From Ignavibacteriota bacterium (lineage in GTDB: Bacteria; Bacteroidota; Ignavibacteria; UBA10030; UBA6906), in contig CAWDEM010000008.1 in the NCBI GenBank assembly GCA_963801355.1, forward strand, positions 1,664,001 to 1,728,000: DNA of 64,000 nucleotides, in the 5' to 3' direction. Positions 9,446-20,700 of the stretch are shown one piece after another (position 1 is the stretch's first letter; each line of letters begins with the position of its first letter). A program made the translations under genes and the position numbers. The notes beneath the pieces were generated by a model, which was given only the letters and a program-made list of their open reading frames with translations, searched no databases and was not told the DNA's origin.

Positions 9446-10606
9446 TCAGACAAGCGGGGGAGACATTTTCACGTCGGGACCGAGACGCCGGCGGAACATC
9501 TCGATGATGCCTCCAAGGCCCAGGAGCAGCCCGGCAATAATCACAAGGACGCCAAGATAGGGCACGAAGGTGAGCACCTGCACGAGGATGATGCCCGCCA
9601 CGGCAGCGAGCATGAGGCGCCCTGTGCTTGCAGGCATGAATACTCTCTGGCCCACCACGACGCCGAGAACCATTTGCGAAAGGTAGAGACACCAAAGGTA
9701 CAATGTCAGGAGGAACAACCCGAGCGGCAGGCCGACAATCGTCGCGCACACCGCCAACACGATCAGGGGGGTGACCAGGAGCCCTACGACTCCCCAGAGG
9801 AGGCACCACCATGGATGCTGCCACACAGCCCGTCCCACATCCCCCACAGCAACAGGAGTCACCAGAATCAGAACGATGGCAGAGATGATCAGACTGAGCG
9901 CCCAGATAATCTTGAGCCAGAAGCGGAACGGAGAGAGACCCAGGATAAAGCCGCGGGTGTCGGGTTTCCTGGTGGTAATCTCCACGGTGCCGTCAACCGT
10001 GCCGGGGTCGATCTGCGTGCGCTCGGGATTCCCGACGGCCGCCTGCAAGTCTCCCTGGATTCGTGCACCCTGAATCGCCATGATGCCGCCGCCGGCAAAT
10101 TTCACGTCCCCGCCGACAAAGCCGCTCACTTGCGCATCCCCTCCGGTCAGCATGACATCACGCTGCACCGATCCCTCCAGATGGATTTCCCCCCCTGCAG
10201 CAAGAAGGCCGCCGCCGACTTCGGCGTCCTTCGTGAGATGGAGGTTTCCGCCGGCGATAGTGATGTTCTTGCCGACGGAACCGCTGCACTCGATGTTCCC
10301 ACCCGCTGCACGCACATCATCGGTCACGGTGCCGCTGATGCGTACCGTCCCCCCCGCGGCAAGTACGTCGCCATTGATGGTGCCTTCAATGCGTACCGTG
10401 CCGCCCGCCGCATAGACGTCACCATTGACCGTCCCGAGAATAAGCACCTCATCGCCGGAGGCAAAATACCACCCCTCGTGCACTTCTCCGGCTGACAGGA
10501 CAACGCGGCGTCCCGCACCGTCGTTGCCACTGCCGGAGTCGTTGCACCCGCCGGCAATGATCAGCATGAGTGCCATCGGGAGAAGCCTCTGCAGAACAGC
10601 GTTCAT
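9446..10606 (-). CDS. Lipoprotein with bactofilin-like (polymer-forming) beta-helix repeats and a C-terminal multi-TM domain
   Basis: Lipobox IAGGC; repeated GTVxGDVxAAGGxVxI units; several hydrophobic helices at the C-terminus; start at 10606 or 10615. Confidence 0.78.
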   Translation of the reverse strand: MNAVLQRLLPMALMLIIAGGCNDSGSGNDGAGRRVVLSAGEVHEGWYFASGDEVLILGTVNGDVYAAGGTVRIEGTINGDVLAAGGTVRISGTVTDDVRAAGGNIECSGSVGKNITIAGGNLHLTKDAEVGGGLLAAGGEIHLEGSVQRDVMLTGGDAQVSGFVGGDVKFAGGGIMAIQGARIQGDLQAAVGNPERTQIDPGTVDGTVEITTRKPDTRGFILGLSPFRFWLKIIWALSLIISAIVLILVTPVAVGDVGRAVWQHPWWCLLWGVVGLLVTPLIVLAVCATIVGLPLGLFLLTLYLWCLYLSQMVLGVVVGQRVFMPASTGRLMLAAVAGIILVQVLTFVPYLGVLVIIAGLLLGLGGIIEMFRRRLGPDVKMSPPLV

Positions 10607-10619
10607 CGATCGCATACGA

Positions 10620-12314
10620 TTATCGGGGGATGTACAAATGGCGCTTGATCTTTTGCGTCGGGGTCTTCTGGAACGGTTCCGACTGTTCGATGATCTTGTG
10701 GATGCGCGAATACAGCGGGACACGCTCGTTGATTTGCCGTTGAAGTTCGGTCAGCTTGTCATTGATCATCTTGCGGAAGTCCGTCTCGCTCAGGGAGTGC
10801 AGGACTTTCTGGAGTTTCTCATAGTCGAGGTGAACGAGAGCGACCAGACGGTTCTGGTGTTCGTACACAACAGATTCACGCACCGTATCGAATTCGTTGA
10901 TGATCGATTCCAGCTCTTCAGGATAGATGTTCTTCCCGCTCGGTCCGAGAATCATGTTCTTGGAACGGCCCTTGATGAATAGGTACCCATCGGCCTGCAT
11001 CGTGCCGAGGTCGCCGGTCCTCAGCCACCCGTCATCCGTAAACACTTCACGCGTTCGTTCCGGGTCTTTGTAGTACCCGCGCATGACCGTGGGCCCCTTC
11101 ACCTGGATTTCCCCTTCGCCCGTTTCCGGTTTGGGATCAGCAATGCGAATCTGCGTCCCCGGAAGCGCCGGGCCTGTGGAACGATACCGTGTGTGCGAGG
11201 GATGCGTACCCGCGATGAGCGGCGCCGTTTCGGTCAGTCCATAACCAATGGCATAGGGAAATCTGGCTTCCCGCAGGAAGAGCTCGACATCCGGTGCCAG
11301 CGGCGCACCGCCGATGGCGAAGATGCGGAGCCTGCCCCCGAACGTCTGCAGGAGCTTCTTGCCGGCAATGCGGTGGAGCGCCTTGCGGCCCAGCACTGTA
11401 CCGTGCACCTTCCGCAGAAGGGGCGTCTTGGTGAGCTCCTGATAGATCTTGCCCTTGTAGATCTTTTCAATAATGAGCGGAACCGACAGCATGACGGTCG
11501 GCCGCACTTTTTCGAGCGCCGGCAGGAGGACGGCCGCGGTGGGCGGCTTCTGCATGTAATAGACGGAGGCACCAACCATCAACGGCGTCGCCAGACCGAG
11601 CGTGCACTCGTACGTGTGTGACAGGGGCAGGACCGACAGAAGTCTGTCTTCCGCCACAAGAGGCACGATCTTCAACAACGCAATGGCATCAGAAACGATG
11701 TTCCCGTGCGTGAGCATCACACCCTTTGAATGCCCCGTTGTGCCCGATGTGTAGACGATCACTGCCAGGTCGTCCGCAGCAGGGACACACGCCGGCGGGA
11801 TGGATCCGGCCTCATCGAGGAGAACGGTCGGCCGGCCTCCCGGCGAGGACGCAAGCGCGGTGGCTGGTGTTCCGGGAGCAACACTCGTGAAATCATCCAG
11901 CAGAACTACCGGGCCCGTTTCCCGGGGGGCGATCTCCAGCAGCTTCTCATACAATCGGGATGACACAAAGACCGCGCGCACCTCCGCATGACAGATGATA
12001 CGCCCGACATCGGCTGCCGGGAAGTCCGGGAGTACCGGTACCGCCACCGCTCCCATCTGGGTGATCCCGAAATACGTGATCCCCCACTGAGGGGAATTCT
12101 CGCCCAGGATGGCAACGCGGTCTCCCTGCCGAACCCCGAGAGAGGTGAGATACGCAGAGATCTTGCGTGACTGGCGGAGAATGAAGTCGTAGGAATAGCT
12201 CTCGCCCTCGATTGTGGCCAGGGCAGGCCGGGCCGGAAACTTCTGCGCTGTCTGCTCAATCAACGTGCGCAGAGTGCCGGACATGTTGTTGGAAAGGGAA
12301 GTAGGCATGTTCAT
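10620..12314 (-). CDS. Long-chain fatty acid-CoA ligase (AMP-binding)
   Basis: YTSGTTGHSKG, GYGLTET, LRTGDLG, GRSKNMI, KTPTQKIKR. Confidence 0.9.
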   Translation of the reverse strand: MNMPTSLSNNMSGTLRTLIEQTAQKFPARPALATIEGESYSYDFILRQSRKISAYLTSLGVRQGDRVAILGENSPQWGITYFGITQMGAVAVPVLPDFPAADVGRIICHAEVRAVFVSSRLYEKLLEIAPRETGPVVLLDDFTSVAPGTPATALASSPGGRPTVLLDEAGSIPPACVPAADDLAVIVYTSGTTGHSKGVMLTHGNIVSDAIALLKIVPLVAEDRLLSVLPLSHTYECTLGLATPLMVGASVYYMQKPPTAAVLLPALEKVRPTVMLSVPLIIEKIYKGKIYQELTKTPLLRKVHGTVLGRKALHRIAGKKLLQTFGGRLRIFAIGGAPLAPDVELFLREARFPYAIGYGLTETAPLIAGTHPSHTRYRSTGPALPGTQIRIADPKPETGEGEIQVKGPTVMRGYYKDPERTREVFTDDGWLRTGDLGTMQADGYLFIKGRSKNMILGPSGKNIYPEELESIINEFDTVRESVVYEHQNRLVALVHLDYEKLQKVLHSLSETDFRKMINDKLTELQRQINERVPLYSRIHKIIEQSEPFQKTPTQKIKRHLYIPR

Positions 12315-12460
12315 AAGATACCAAGATATCGAAAAATGGTCAAGCGGCTTGCGACGGAAAGGTACGATTTCCCGGTCAAAAAAACCTACGAAAATGGGCC
12401 GGGCAAGCCGGGCGCACCGGGCCTATGCAGTCACTTGTGGTGTATTCGGATTGGCGAACG

Positions 12461-13237
12461 CTACCCGAACCTCCCCGTCACGTAGTCCTCAGTCTGTTTT
12501 TTCGCCGGTGAAGTGAAGATTTTCCGGGTCTCGTCGAATTCTATGAGTGCACCCATGTAGAAGAATGCGGTGAAGTCGCTCACCCGAGCCGCCTGTTGCA
12601 TGTTGTGGGTGACGATGACAATCGTGTAGTTCTTCTTCAGTTCATAGATCAGCTCTTCGATCTTTGCCGTGGCAATCGGGTCGAGGGCGCTTGCCGGTTC
12701 ATCCATCAACAGCACTTCCGGATCAACCGCAAGGGCTCGAGCGATGCAGAGACGCTGCTGTTGCCCTCCGGACAGCGCAAACGCGCTCATCGTGAGATCG
12801 TCCTTCACTTCTTCCCAAAGCGCCGCCCTCTTCAATGTCCCCTCGACGATCTCCTCCAGCCGGCGTCGGTCCCGAATGCCGTTGATTCTGGGACCGTATG
12901 CCACGTTGTCGAAAATCGACTTCGGGAAAGGATTGGACTTCTGGAATATCATGCCGACGTGCTTCCGGAGTTCCACCACGTCAACACTCCGGTCATACAC
13001 GTTGATATCATCCACCATGACACGGCCTTCAATGCTCACATCGCTGATGAGGTCGTTCATGCGATTCAAGGTCCGGAGGAATGTCGACTTTCCACATCCT
13101 GACGGTCCGATGAGCGCCGTCACTCTGTGTGCGGGCATGTCAAATGTGATGTCGTGCAGCGCCTGTTTGGGACCATAGGAGAGGTTCAGATTGCGAACGG
13201 AGATCTTGTGTGACTCCCGGTCGGCGGGAATGTGCAT
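12461..13237 (-). CDS. pstB: Phosphate ABC transporter ATP-binding protein
   Basis: [53 protein letters not shown]. Confidence 0.97.
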   Translation of the reverse strand: MHIPADRESHKISVRNLNLSYGPKQALHDITFDMPAHRVTALIGPSGCGKSTFLRTLNRMNDLISDVSIEGRVMVDDINVYDRSVDVVELRKHVGMIFQKSNPFPKSIFDNVAYGPRINGIRDRRRLEEIVEGTLKRAALWEEVKDDLTMSAFALSGGQQQRLCIARALAVDPEVLLMDEPASALDPIATAKIEELIYELKKNYTIVIVTHNMQQAARVSDFTAFFYMGALIEFDETRKIFTSPAKKQTEDYVTGRFG

Positions 13238-13246
13238 GGCGGCTCC

Positions 13247-14158
13247 CTACCCTATCTTCCGGGTTCGTATGCGGGCCCGGAGGAATATTGCTGAGAAGTT
13301 GAGAAGAAATGTCAGGAGAAGCAGAACCAGTGTTGTCGCGTACTGAATTCCCTGCGTGGCATCGACATTCGTGGATTGGGTTGACATGATATACACATGG
13401 TAGCCCAACTCCATGAACTGATCCGATAACGCGCCGGGAAGTCGGGGGAGAAAATAGGCAGCTCCGGTGAAGAGAATCGGGGCTACTTCCCCCGCTCCCC
13501 TGCTCACTGCAAGTACACCTCCCGTCAGGATGCCGGTGATGGAGTTCGGCAGGACGACGTGCCAGATGGTTTGCCACTTGGTGGCACCCAGAGCCAGACT
13601 TGCCGCCCGCAACTCCTGCGGCACCGTGCGGATTGCCTCCTCCACTGACACGATGACCACGGGTAACGTCAGCAGGGCCATGGTCATGCTTGCCCAGAGC
13701 AATCCGGGTTGGGCCCACTTCATTACCGTGCCGCCGCTGACAATGTTGTCTATCCCCCCGCCCACAAACTGCACGAAGAACCCGAGACCGAAGAGCCCGA
13801 ATACGATTGACGGAACCCCGGCAAGGGTGTTCACGGCAAACCTGATGAGCCGGGCAAGGCGCGAGCGCGGGCTCGCATACTCGCTCAAGTAGACCGCCGT
13901 GATTGTCCCCACCGGTACCCCAGCAATCGACATGATGAGCACCAGGAGGGCGGTCCCGGCAATGGCCGGGAATATTCCCCCCGCCGTCATCCCCTCCGTC
14001 GGTGAACCGGTGATGAACTCCCACGACATGACGTCCCATCCCCCGATGACGATCGTCGCCATGATGTACAGAACGACAACGACAATACCCAGCGCGGCAA
14101 AACCGGTCCCCCCGACGACAGAAGCTCCGATGATTCTGTTCTTGAGTGTCATGATCAC
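13247..14158 (-). CDS. pstA: Phosphate ABC transporter permease PstA
   Basis: GGIFPAI, LAGVPSIVFGLFG, ASLALGATKWQTI, GEVAP. Confidence 0.95.
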   Translation of the reverse strand: MIMTLKNRIIGASVVGGTGFAALGIVVVVLYIMATIVIGGWDVMSWEFITGSPTEGMTAGGIFPAIAGTALLVLIMSIAGVPVGTITAVYLSEYASPRSRLARLIRFAVNTLAGVPSIVFGLFGLGFFVQFVGGGIDNIVSGGTVMKWAQPGLLWASMTMALLTLPVVIVSVEEAIRTVPQELRAASLALGATKWQTIWHVVLPNSITGILTGGVLAVSRGAGEVAPILFTGAAYFLPRLPGALSDQFMELGYHVYIMSTQSTNVDATQGIQYATTLVLLLLTFLLNFSAIFLRARIRTRKIG

Positions 14159-15324
14159 CCGCCTCGGAAGCGCTTGAGTAATCGCTGGCGGATGAAGAGC
14201 TCCGCTCCGGCATTCAGCACGAAGGTGAACACGAACAAGAGTGCCCCGAGGAAGAAGAGCACCGTGTAATGCGTATCCCCAAACACCACTTCAGCCATTT
14301 CGGCACCAATCGTCGCCGACATCGTGCGCACCGGCTCCGTTGGGCTGAGCGAGAGCAGGGCCGCATTCCCGGTTGCCATCAAGACAATCATCGTCTCCCC
14401 GAAGGCCCTCCCAAACCCGAGCACAACAGCGGCGAAGACGCCGGGGGTCGCTGCCGGGAGTGTGATAAAAAATGCAGTCTGCCATCGGGTAGCTCCCAGG
14501 GCCAGACTGGCCTCCTTCATGTACGAGGGAACGGCCGTCAAAGCGTCTTCAGCAACGGTGTAGATGATCGGGATGACCGCGAGCGACATGGCGACCCCCC
14601 CCACAAACGCATTCAAGCGGTACTGGTACCCGAAAAGATCCTGGAACATTGTGGCCAAAACCATGAGTGCGAAGAATCCGATGACGACGGAGGGAAAACC
14701 GGCGAGAATCTCAATGGCAGGTTTCAACGTCTCTTTCGCCCACTTCGGCGCGAACGAGGATGTAAAGAGCGCCGCAAGGATGGCCACTGGAGCCGCAATC
14801 AGAATGGCAATGAGCGTCGTCTTCAGCGACCCTGCAACCAGCGGCAACAAGCCATACTGCGGTCGCGCGGAGACGGGTTGCCATGACGGCGAGAGCAAGT
14901 TCTGAGCGGTCACCTGACCCTCCGCGCCGGCTGTTTCCGAACGCATGGATCGTTCCTTCCCCTGCGCCATGCTCAATGCCTGCTCCCCCACCTGCTCCTC
15001 ACCATAGGTCTCAATCGGTTCGACATCCATCGCTACTGACTGACCCTTCTGGGGAAAAAAGATCGGAGAGGCTTCGCGAAACACAAAGACAAAAATCAGG
15101 GCAATGGTCGCAAGGGAGACTACAGCTACTGCGGTGATGATCTTCTCCGCGAAGAACTCATCAGGCCTGAAGCGCTTCCGGAGATCCCCCGGGGTCAACC
15201 GCTGCCGTCCGGACTGCTCGCTTCTGGCTGATGCCTGGGGAATCGCCGCAGGTTCGACGGCGGCCTGTTGAAAAACGGTCACGTTGCGGTCAAGCCGCAA
15301 CGCGACGTCGGATGCAGTGCTCAT
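14155..15324 (-). CDS. pstC: Phosphate ABC transporter permease PstC
   Basis: EILAGFPSVVIGF, EASLALGATRWQT, GRAFGETMIVLM. Confidence 0.95.
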   Translation of the reverse strand: MSTASDVALRLDRNVTVFQQAAVEPAAIPQASARSEQSGRQRLTPGDLRKRFRPDEFFAEKIITAVAVVSLATIALIFVFVFREASPIFFPQKGQSVAMDVEPIETYGEEQVGEQALSMAQGKERSMRSETAGAEGQVTAQNLLSPSWQPVSARPQYGLLPLVAGSLKTTLIAILIAAPVAILAALFTSSFAPKWAKETLKPAIEILAGFPSVVIGFFALMVLATMFQDLFGYQYRLNAFVGGVAMSLAVIPIIYTVAEDALTAVPSYMKEASLALGATRWQTAFFITLPAATPGVFAAVVLGFGRAFGETMIVLMATGNAALLSLSPTEPVRTMSATIGAEMAEVVFGDTHYTVLFFLGALLFVFTFVLNAGAELFIRQRLLKRFRGG

Positions 15325-15352
15325 ATGTGATCTTCTTTTCTTCCGCTGGATC

Positions 15353-16180
15353 CTAGCGAATCGGGAAATAGCCCACTTCGGTCACGATCTTCTGCCCCTC
15401 CTCGCTGAGTATCCAATCGATATATTCCTTAAGTGCACCGGTGGGACGATTGCGAACATACATGTAGAGATACCGGCTGATCGGGTAGTTGCCCGACTTG
15501 ATGTTTTCCAGCGTGGGTGCGTACCCGGGGGCGGACGCGTCTTTCTTCACTTTCAGCTCCCGGATCCCCTTGCCATACGCCGCCCCGCCGTATCCAATGC
15601 CCGCCTTGTCCTTCCCCACGGCATTTACAACCGCCGCGGTTCCTGGCATGGTCTGCATCGTTGCCGTGTAATCCTCGCCCATGAGCACGTTATCCTTGAA
15701 GTATACGTAGGTCCCCGAGCTGTTCTCACGGCCGTACACGATGATTTTTGCATTGGGCCCGCCAACTTCCCTCCAGTTGGTGATCTTCCCCGTATAGATG
15801 TCCTTCAGCTGCCCGAGGCTGAGATCCTGGATCTGACTTTCCACATTGACATAGACGGAGAGCCCATCGAGGGCACTCTTGATCTCAACTCCCCGCGTGC
15901 CGTAGCGCTGTTTCAGTTTGTCTATCTCACTGCGTTTCATCGGACGGGAGGCATTGCATATATCCGTCGCCCCATTGATAAGTGCGGAGATTCCCGTGCC
16001 CGATCCGCCGCCGGTGACCTGAATGACCACGTCCTGATGCTTACCCATGTACTTCTCGGCCCAGCGCTGGGCAAGTATGACCATCGTGTCGGAGCCCTTC
16101 ACCGTGATCTTTTCCTCCCCGCGGGCCGCAGGCTGGATAAGCATAGCGAGTGCAAGCATACTCAAAGCCAGTGTTTTCAT
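15353..16180 (-). CDS. pstS: Phosphate ABC transporter substrate-binding protein
   Basis: KGSDTM, GGGSGTG, NASR, GRENSSGT, YPISR. Confidence 0.95.
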   Translation of the reverse strand: MKTLALSMLALAMLIQPAARGEEKITVKGSDTMVILAQRWAEKYMGKHQDVVIQVTGGGSGTGISALINGATDICNASRPMKRSEIDKLKQRYGTRGVEIKSALDGLSVYVNVESQIQDLSLGQLKDIYTGKITNWREVGGPNAKIIVYGRENSSGTYVYFKDNVLMGEDYTATMQTMPGTAAVVNAVGKDKAGIGYGGAAYGKGIRELKVKKDASAPGYAPTLENIKSGNYPISRYLYMYVRNRPTGALKEYIDWILSEEGQKIVTEVGYFPIR

Positions 16181-16218
16181 AGAGCTGTTCCCATGTATGA
16201 AGTGAGCAAATCCTCTTC

Positions 16219-17574
16219 CTAGAACCTGTATTGCGTGCGAAACGTCAATACGTTGTCGCGCACGTTGTCGACGTACGGGGAGAGCGATGAGGACGCACTT
16301 GTGATCCCCGTGAGCTTTTCGTTGCTGACCATTTCATAGTACAGCATGAATTTCACGTTGTCGTCCCAGTAGTGCACAAGACCCAGCCCCAGCGTGGAAA
16401 ACTTGACATCTGCCGCCGTCAAACCGGCTGCCCCGGAGGTGTTGCCGGACCGGAAATCGGCCGCCGCCACTTTGGTGTTGGGATCGTACTCATCGTACTT
16501 CACGACGAGCTGATTCCGGTCGCCCAGATTCTGGATGTAGTACACATAGAACCCGGAGAATTCTCTTTGATAGATGCCCGTCGTCGGCTGCATCGAAGGA
16601 CTGGTGGTGGTGGCGGAAGTGCCCGGCTGCTTCCCTGTGACGTACTCGCCGCGCACTATGGCACCACCGATCGAAGGCACATCCAGATAGAATTGCGCGT
16701 CAACACCGACATACGTGCGCCCCACCGGTGCGCTGACATTTGTTCCCGCCGAATCTACGGCGAAGCCGGGGTCGCCGTTCGCGAGCGATCCCATCGTGTA
16801 GAGATACCTGGTGTTGTTGCGCACACTTCCGACATACCCCGAAATGCCGACATCAAGCGCGGCATCGATGTCCCCGAGCGGTATCTGGGCGGCGATGTGG
16901 CCTATGAGGTCCTTGGAGTTGTCGTAATCGTTGGCCGACGGACCGGATCCGTTGAACACTCCGACGTCCGCCCGCAGGAAACCCAGGGGACCCGATTGCG
17001 GCGCGAAAAACACCTTGGCACCGAGTTCACGCTCGCCCGGAAAAAGGGTCTGGTACAGCCGGGAGCGCTCCGGTGTTTCGCGGCTGCTCGAGGAATATGA
17101 AATTTCGTAGCCGAAAGGACGGTCGAAGACTCCCGCCTGCAGTCCGAACGAATTCGTCCAGGGCTCGGTGACAGAAAGATAAGCGTCCTTCAAGCTCACA
17201 CCGGTCTGAATTGCGTCGATTTGCACCACGAACTGTGTGATGACGTTGTCATAGGTCACCTTCACCCTCCCGCGGCGCACCTGGAACAGGTTCTTGACGT
17301 TTGCTGCAAACTGTCCGCCGGAGAAATTGCCGATGGGGTAGGCGGTGTTCATCAGGTCGGTGGAGCGCCATTGCGCCTGCACATACCCGGAAACCTTGAT
17401 CTTCCGCAATGCATCTACAAAGCCACGGTACTCCATCGCGGATTCGCTCAATCCCTGCACTGCCCCCTTCACCTCCTCAAGCCCTTCCTTGGTCGCAGCC
17501 TGTTCCTGGGAAATCGCGAGAGTGTGGAATGCGATTGCGTATGCGGCAATCAGCGAGAGTAAGCTTGCTTTCAT
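16219..17574 (-). CDS. Outer-membrane porin, probably phosphate-selective (OprO/OprP-like)
   Basis: Signal peptide, SGYVQ, FQVRRGRVK, PFGYE, ERS, C-terminal QYRF; first gene of the pst operon. Confidence 0.78.
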   Translation of the reverse strand: MKASLLSLIAAYAIAFHTLAISQEQAATKEGLEEVKGAVQGLSESAMEYRGFVDALRKIKVSGYVQAQWRSTDLMNTAYPIGNFSGGQFAANVKNLFQVRRGRVKVTYDNVITQFVVQIDAIQTGVSLKDAYLSVTEPWTNSFGLQAGVFDRPFGYEISYSSSSRETPERSRLYQTLFPGERELGAKVFFAPQSGPLGFLRADVGVFNGSGPSANDYDNSKDLIGHIAAQIPLGDIDAALDVGISGYVGSVRNNTRYLYTMGSLANGDPGFAVDSAGTNVSAPVGRTYVGVDAQFYLDVPSIGGAIVRGEYVTGKQPGTSATTTSPSMQPTTGIYQREFSGFYVYYIQNLGDRNQLVVKYDEYDPNTKVAAADFRSGNTSGAAGLTAADVKFSTLGLGLVHYWDDNVKFMLYYEMVSNEKLTGITSASSSLSPYVDNVRDNVLTFRTQYRF

Positions 17575-17653
17575 TAGTGCCCTTCATAGTTGTTGACAGC
17601 ACTACACACACTATGTTTCACGGCACCAATATAGAACTGCAGCATTACTCCAT

Positions 17654-17681
17654 TGTGAAGGAGGTGTTAAGAAATTGTTAA
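17654..17681 (-). promoter_or_regulatory. Pho-box-like triple direct repeat TTAACA-N5-TTAACA-N5-TTCACA
   Basis: Three hexamers at an exact 11-bp period about 80 bp upstream of the porin-pstSCAB start; matches the TT(A/C/T)ACA PhoP-type consensus. Confidence 0.7.
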
Positions 17682-17752
17682 GCCGCGGGTTGTGCCAACC
17701 TCGACACTTGAAGGGATGATGGGGATGATTGGTTGGAAATATCAGAGGACGC

Positions 17753-20700
17753 CTATCCCCTGGCCATGACCTGCCCCAGCATGGCCAGTTCTTCTTTCAG
17801 AGCGTGGAGGTGGGGTGAACCTTCTCCGCTCCGGTTTTCCTTCCCGAGCAACTCCAGTTTTTCCGACTCGTTGACCATGCGCTGTGCACGCATACTCCCC
17901 GAGACACCTTTGAGGGCATGTGCCGATCGGCGCAGCGCCGCACTATCGGAGCGCATCACCGCCTGTTCAATCTCCTGCAGCAACGCCGGGACCGTCTCAA
18001 GAAACCTCGCCGACAGCAGTTGCACAAGATCCTCGTCGCCCATGCACTGTTCCAGCAATGCACTCCGGTCGAAGACCTGTGTCTCGATCCGGGTCATTGC
18101 GAGGCGCCCGATGACGGCAATCAGCTCCTTTGCATCGATCGGTTTTGTCACATAGGCGTCCATACCGGCGGCCAGACACTCTTTCCGGCAGTCCTGTGTC
18201 GCATGCGCGGTCATGGCGACGATCGGTGTACGGACACTTCGTTCCTGTTCGAGAGCACGAATAGCCGCCGTCGCCTCAAATCCATCCATCAGCGGCATCT
18301 GGATATCCATTAGCACGATGTCGAACGACTCGGCCATGTACGCATCCACCGCCTCCCGGCCATTGCGCGCGAGCATGACGGTATGCCCCATGCGTTCGAG
18401 GATTCCCTCTGCCACGAGCTGGTTCACCCGTTGATCTTCAGCAAGCAGAATATGCAACGGGTGTGACCCGCGCGGTATCAGACCGTCAGCCGTGACGCCG
18501 GTCTCGCTGAGCGACGGCTGAAGCCTTTCCCCCCCGCGGCGCAGGGCCGACAACAAGTCCGTTGAGAGTATGGGCTTTGTCAGAAACGATGTGACGCCGG
18601 CCTCGCGCAGCTTGTCGTCCACTCCATCCCGTGTAACTGCTGTCATCGCGACGACGGTAATATCGCGCAGTGAGGGAGTTGCACGCATGGCACCAACGCA
18701 CCCTGCCGCCCCGGGAAGTGAGGCATCAATCAGCAGGAGCGAGTAGGGCGAGCCTGATTCCGCCGCGCGACGCAACTCGGCCGGAACCGAATCCGCGTCC
18801 ATCGCTGCCTGCGTCTCCATTCGCCACGATATGAGCATACTGAGCACACTTCCGAGCGTCGTCGTGTTGGCACAGGCCACAAGTGCATGCCGTCCGTCAA
18901 GTGCGCCGCGCTCTGCCTCAAAGTCGTCTTCTTCCAACTGTGCGGGCACTTCGCACCGCACGGAGAAATGAAATGTACTCCCGACCCCCGGCGTGCTCGT
19001 CACCTCCAGCGCCCCTCCCATCAATCCCACAAGCTTCGAGGAAAGCGTCAGGCCCAGTCCGGTTCCGCCCAGCAGACGCGTGGCCGCAGTATCGGCCTGG
19101 GAAAAGGCCTGGAACAACGCGTGTTGCTGTTCCCGCGGGATCCCGATCCCGGTGTCACGGACTGCGCAATACAGCGTGACGCTGTCCGGAGCCCTGTTGA
19201 TGAGATCAACGGTGACCGCCACTTCACCGGTATTCGTGAATTTGATGGCGTTGTCGATGAGATTCGAGATAACCTGCATGAGGCGGCCGGGGTCACTCAC
19301 GACCATCGCGGGAATATCCTGGTCGATGTGACAGGTGAGTTCCAGACCCTTCTGCATGGCCGGAAGCGCGAACATGCGCACCGTCGCGCCGAGGGCGTCA
19401 CGCAATCGGAATGGGGCGCGATCAAGCTCCAGCCTGCCGGCCTCGATTCTCGAGAAGTCGAGAATGTCATTGAGAATGCGCAGGAGACTCTCGGCCGAAG
19501 TCCGGGCGGTCTGGAGATAGTTGTGTTGCTCGTTGGTCAACGATGTTCCAAGGACAAGATCCGTCATGCCGATGATGCCGTTCATCGGTGTGCGGATTTC
19601 GTAGCTCATGTTCGCCAGGAGCTTGCTCTTTGCTTTCGAGGCCGCTTCGGCCCGCAGCTTCGCCGCAGCCAGTTCCTCAGTCGTCCGTTTCAGATGCTCT
19701 TCCGCCCGCGCCCGGACTATCACCGCACTGATGCTCGCCGCCGCCGCGACAAGAATGGAAATCTCACTCTCCGTCCAGACCCGCTCCCGGGTGTATTCAT
19801 CCAGCTCGGCAAAACCCCAGAATGTGTCGTTCAGAAAAATGGGGACAACAAGGATGGAGGCTATCCCGCGCGGACGGAGAAAGGCCTGTTCGTTGTCGGG
19901 AAACGACTGCAGATTGCCCTGGATGGTTTCACCCCTGCGCAACACGTCGTGCCAGCGGACCAATAACGGCGCATAGGGAACATTTTGACGCGACGGATCG
20001 TCAGTCCGCGCCACCGCATCGCCGCTGAACCACTCGAAGCACTCGCTGAGAGCCGGCTCGCCTGTATCGTAGTGGGGATGGTTTTCGTAGACATGCACTC
20101 CGTCCACACCCGTCGCGCGCCCGATCAACCCCAACGCAGTGCCTATGCTCTCCCGGTAGTCCGGGCTTCGCAACAAAACGCTCATGGCCTCACCGACGGC
20201 GTCAAGAATGCAGTCCCGCTTCTCCAGTTCAAACTGGGCAACCTTTCGCTCGGTGATGTCATATCCCGTCCCGAGAACCGCCGGCGCGCCCTCGTGCTCA
20301 AACGCTCCGATGCTGAAATCCAGCCACCGGATATCTCCCGTTTTCGTGAGGATTCTGAACTCACAACGATCCCCCGCCGGGCTCCCTCCCAACCAGCCGT
20401 TGACTGCATCCCTCGCACACTTCCGGTCTTCCGGATGCACAATGTCTTCGATCGACATTGTGCAGAGTTCTTCGGATGAATACCCGGTAAGCTCAGCAGC
20501 CCGGCTATTCACAAAAAGAAATCTCCTCTGATCCAATACTGTGATCGATGCCGGTGTCGTGTTAATCAACGAACGCAGGTTGGTTTCACTTCGGTGCAGT
20601 GCCTGGGAGGCGGTTTGCAGAAGCCTGGCCTCACGTCTCCTTGTCCGGGCATTCTTCCAGAGCACGAAGGCCAGCGAGGCAAACAACATGACAATGACGA

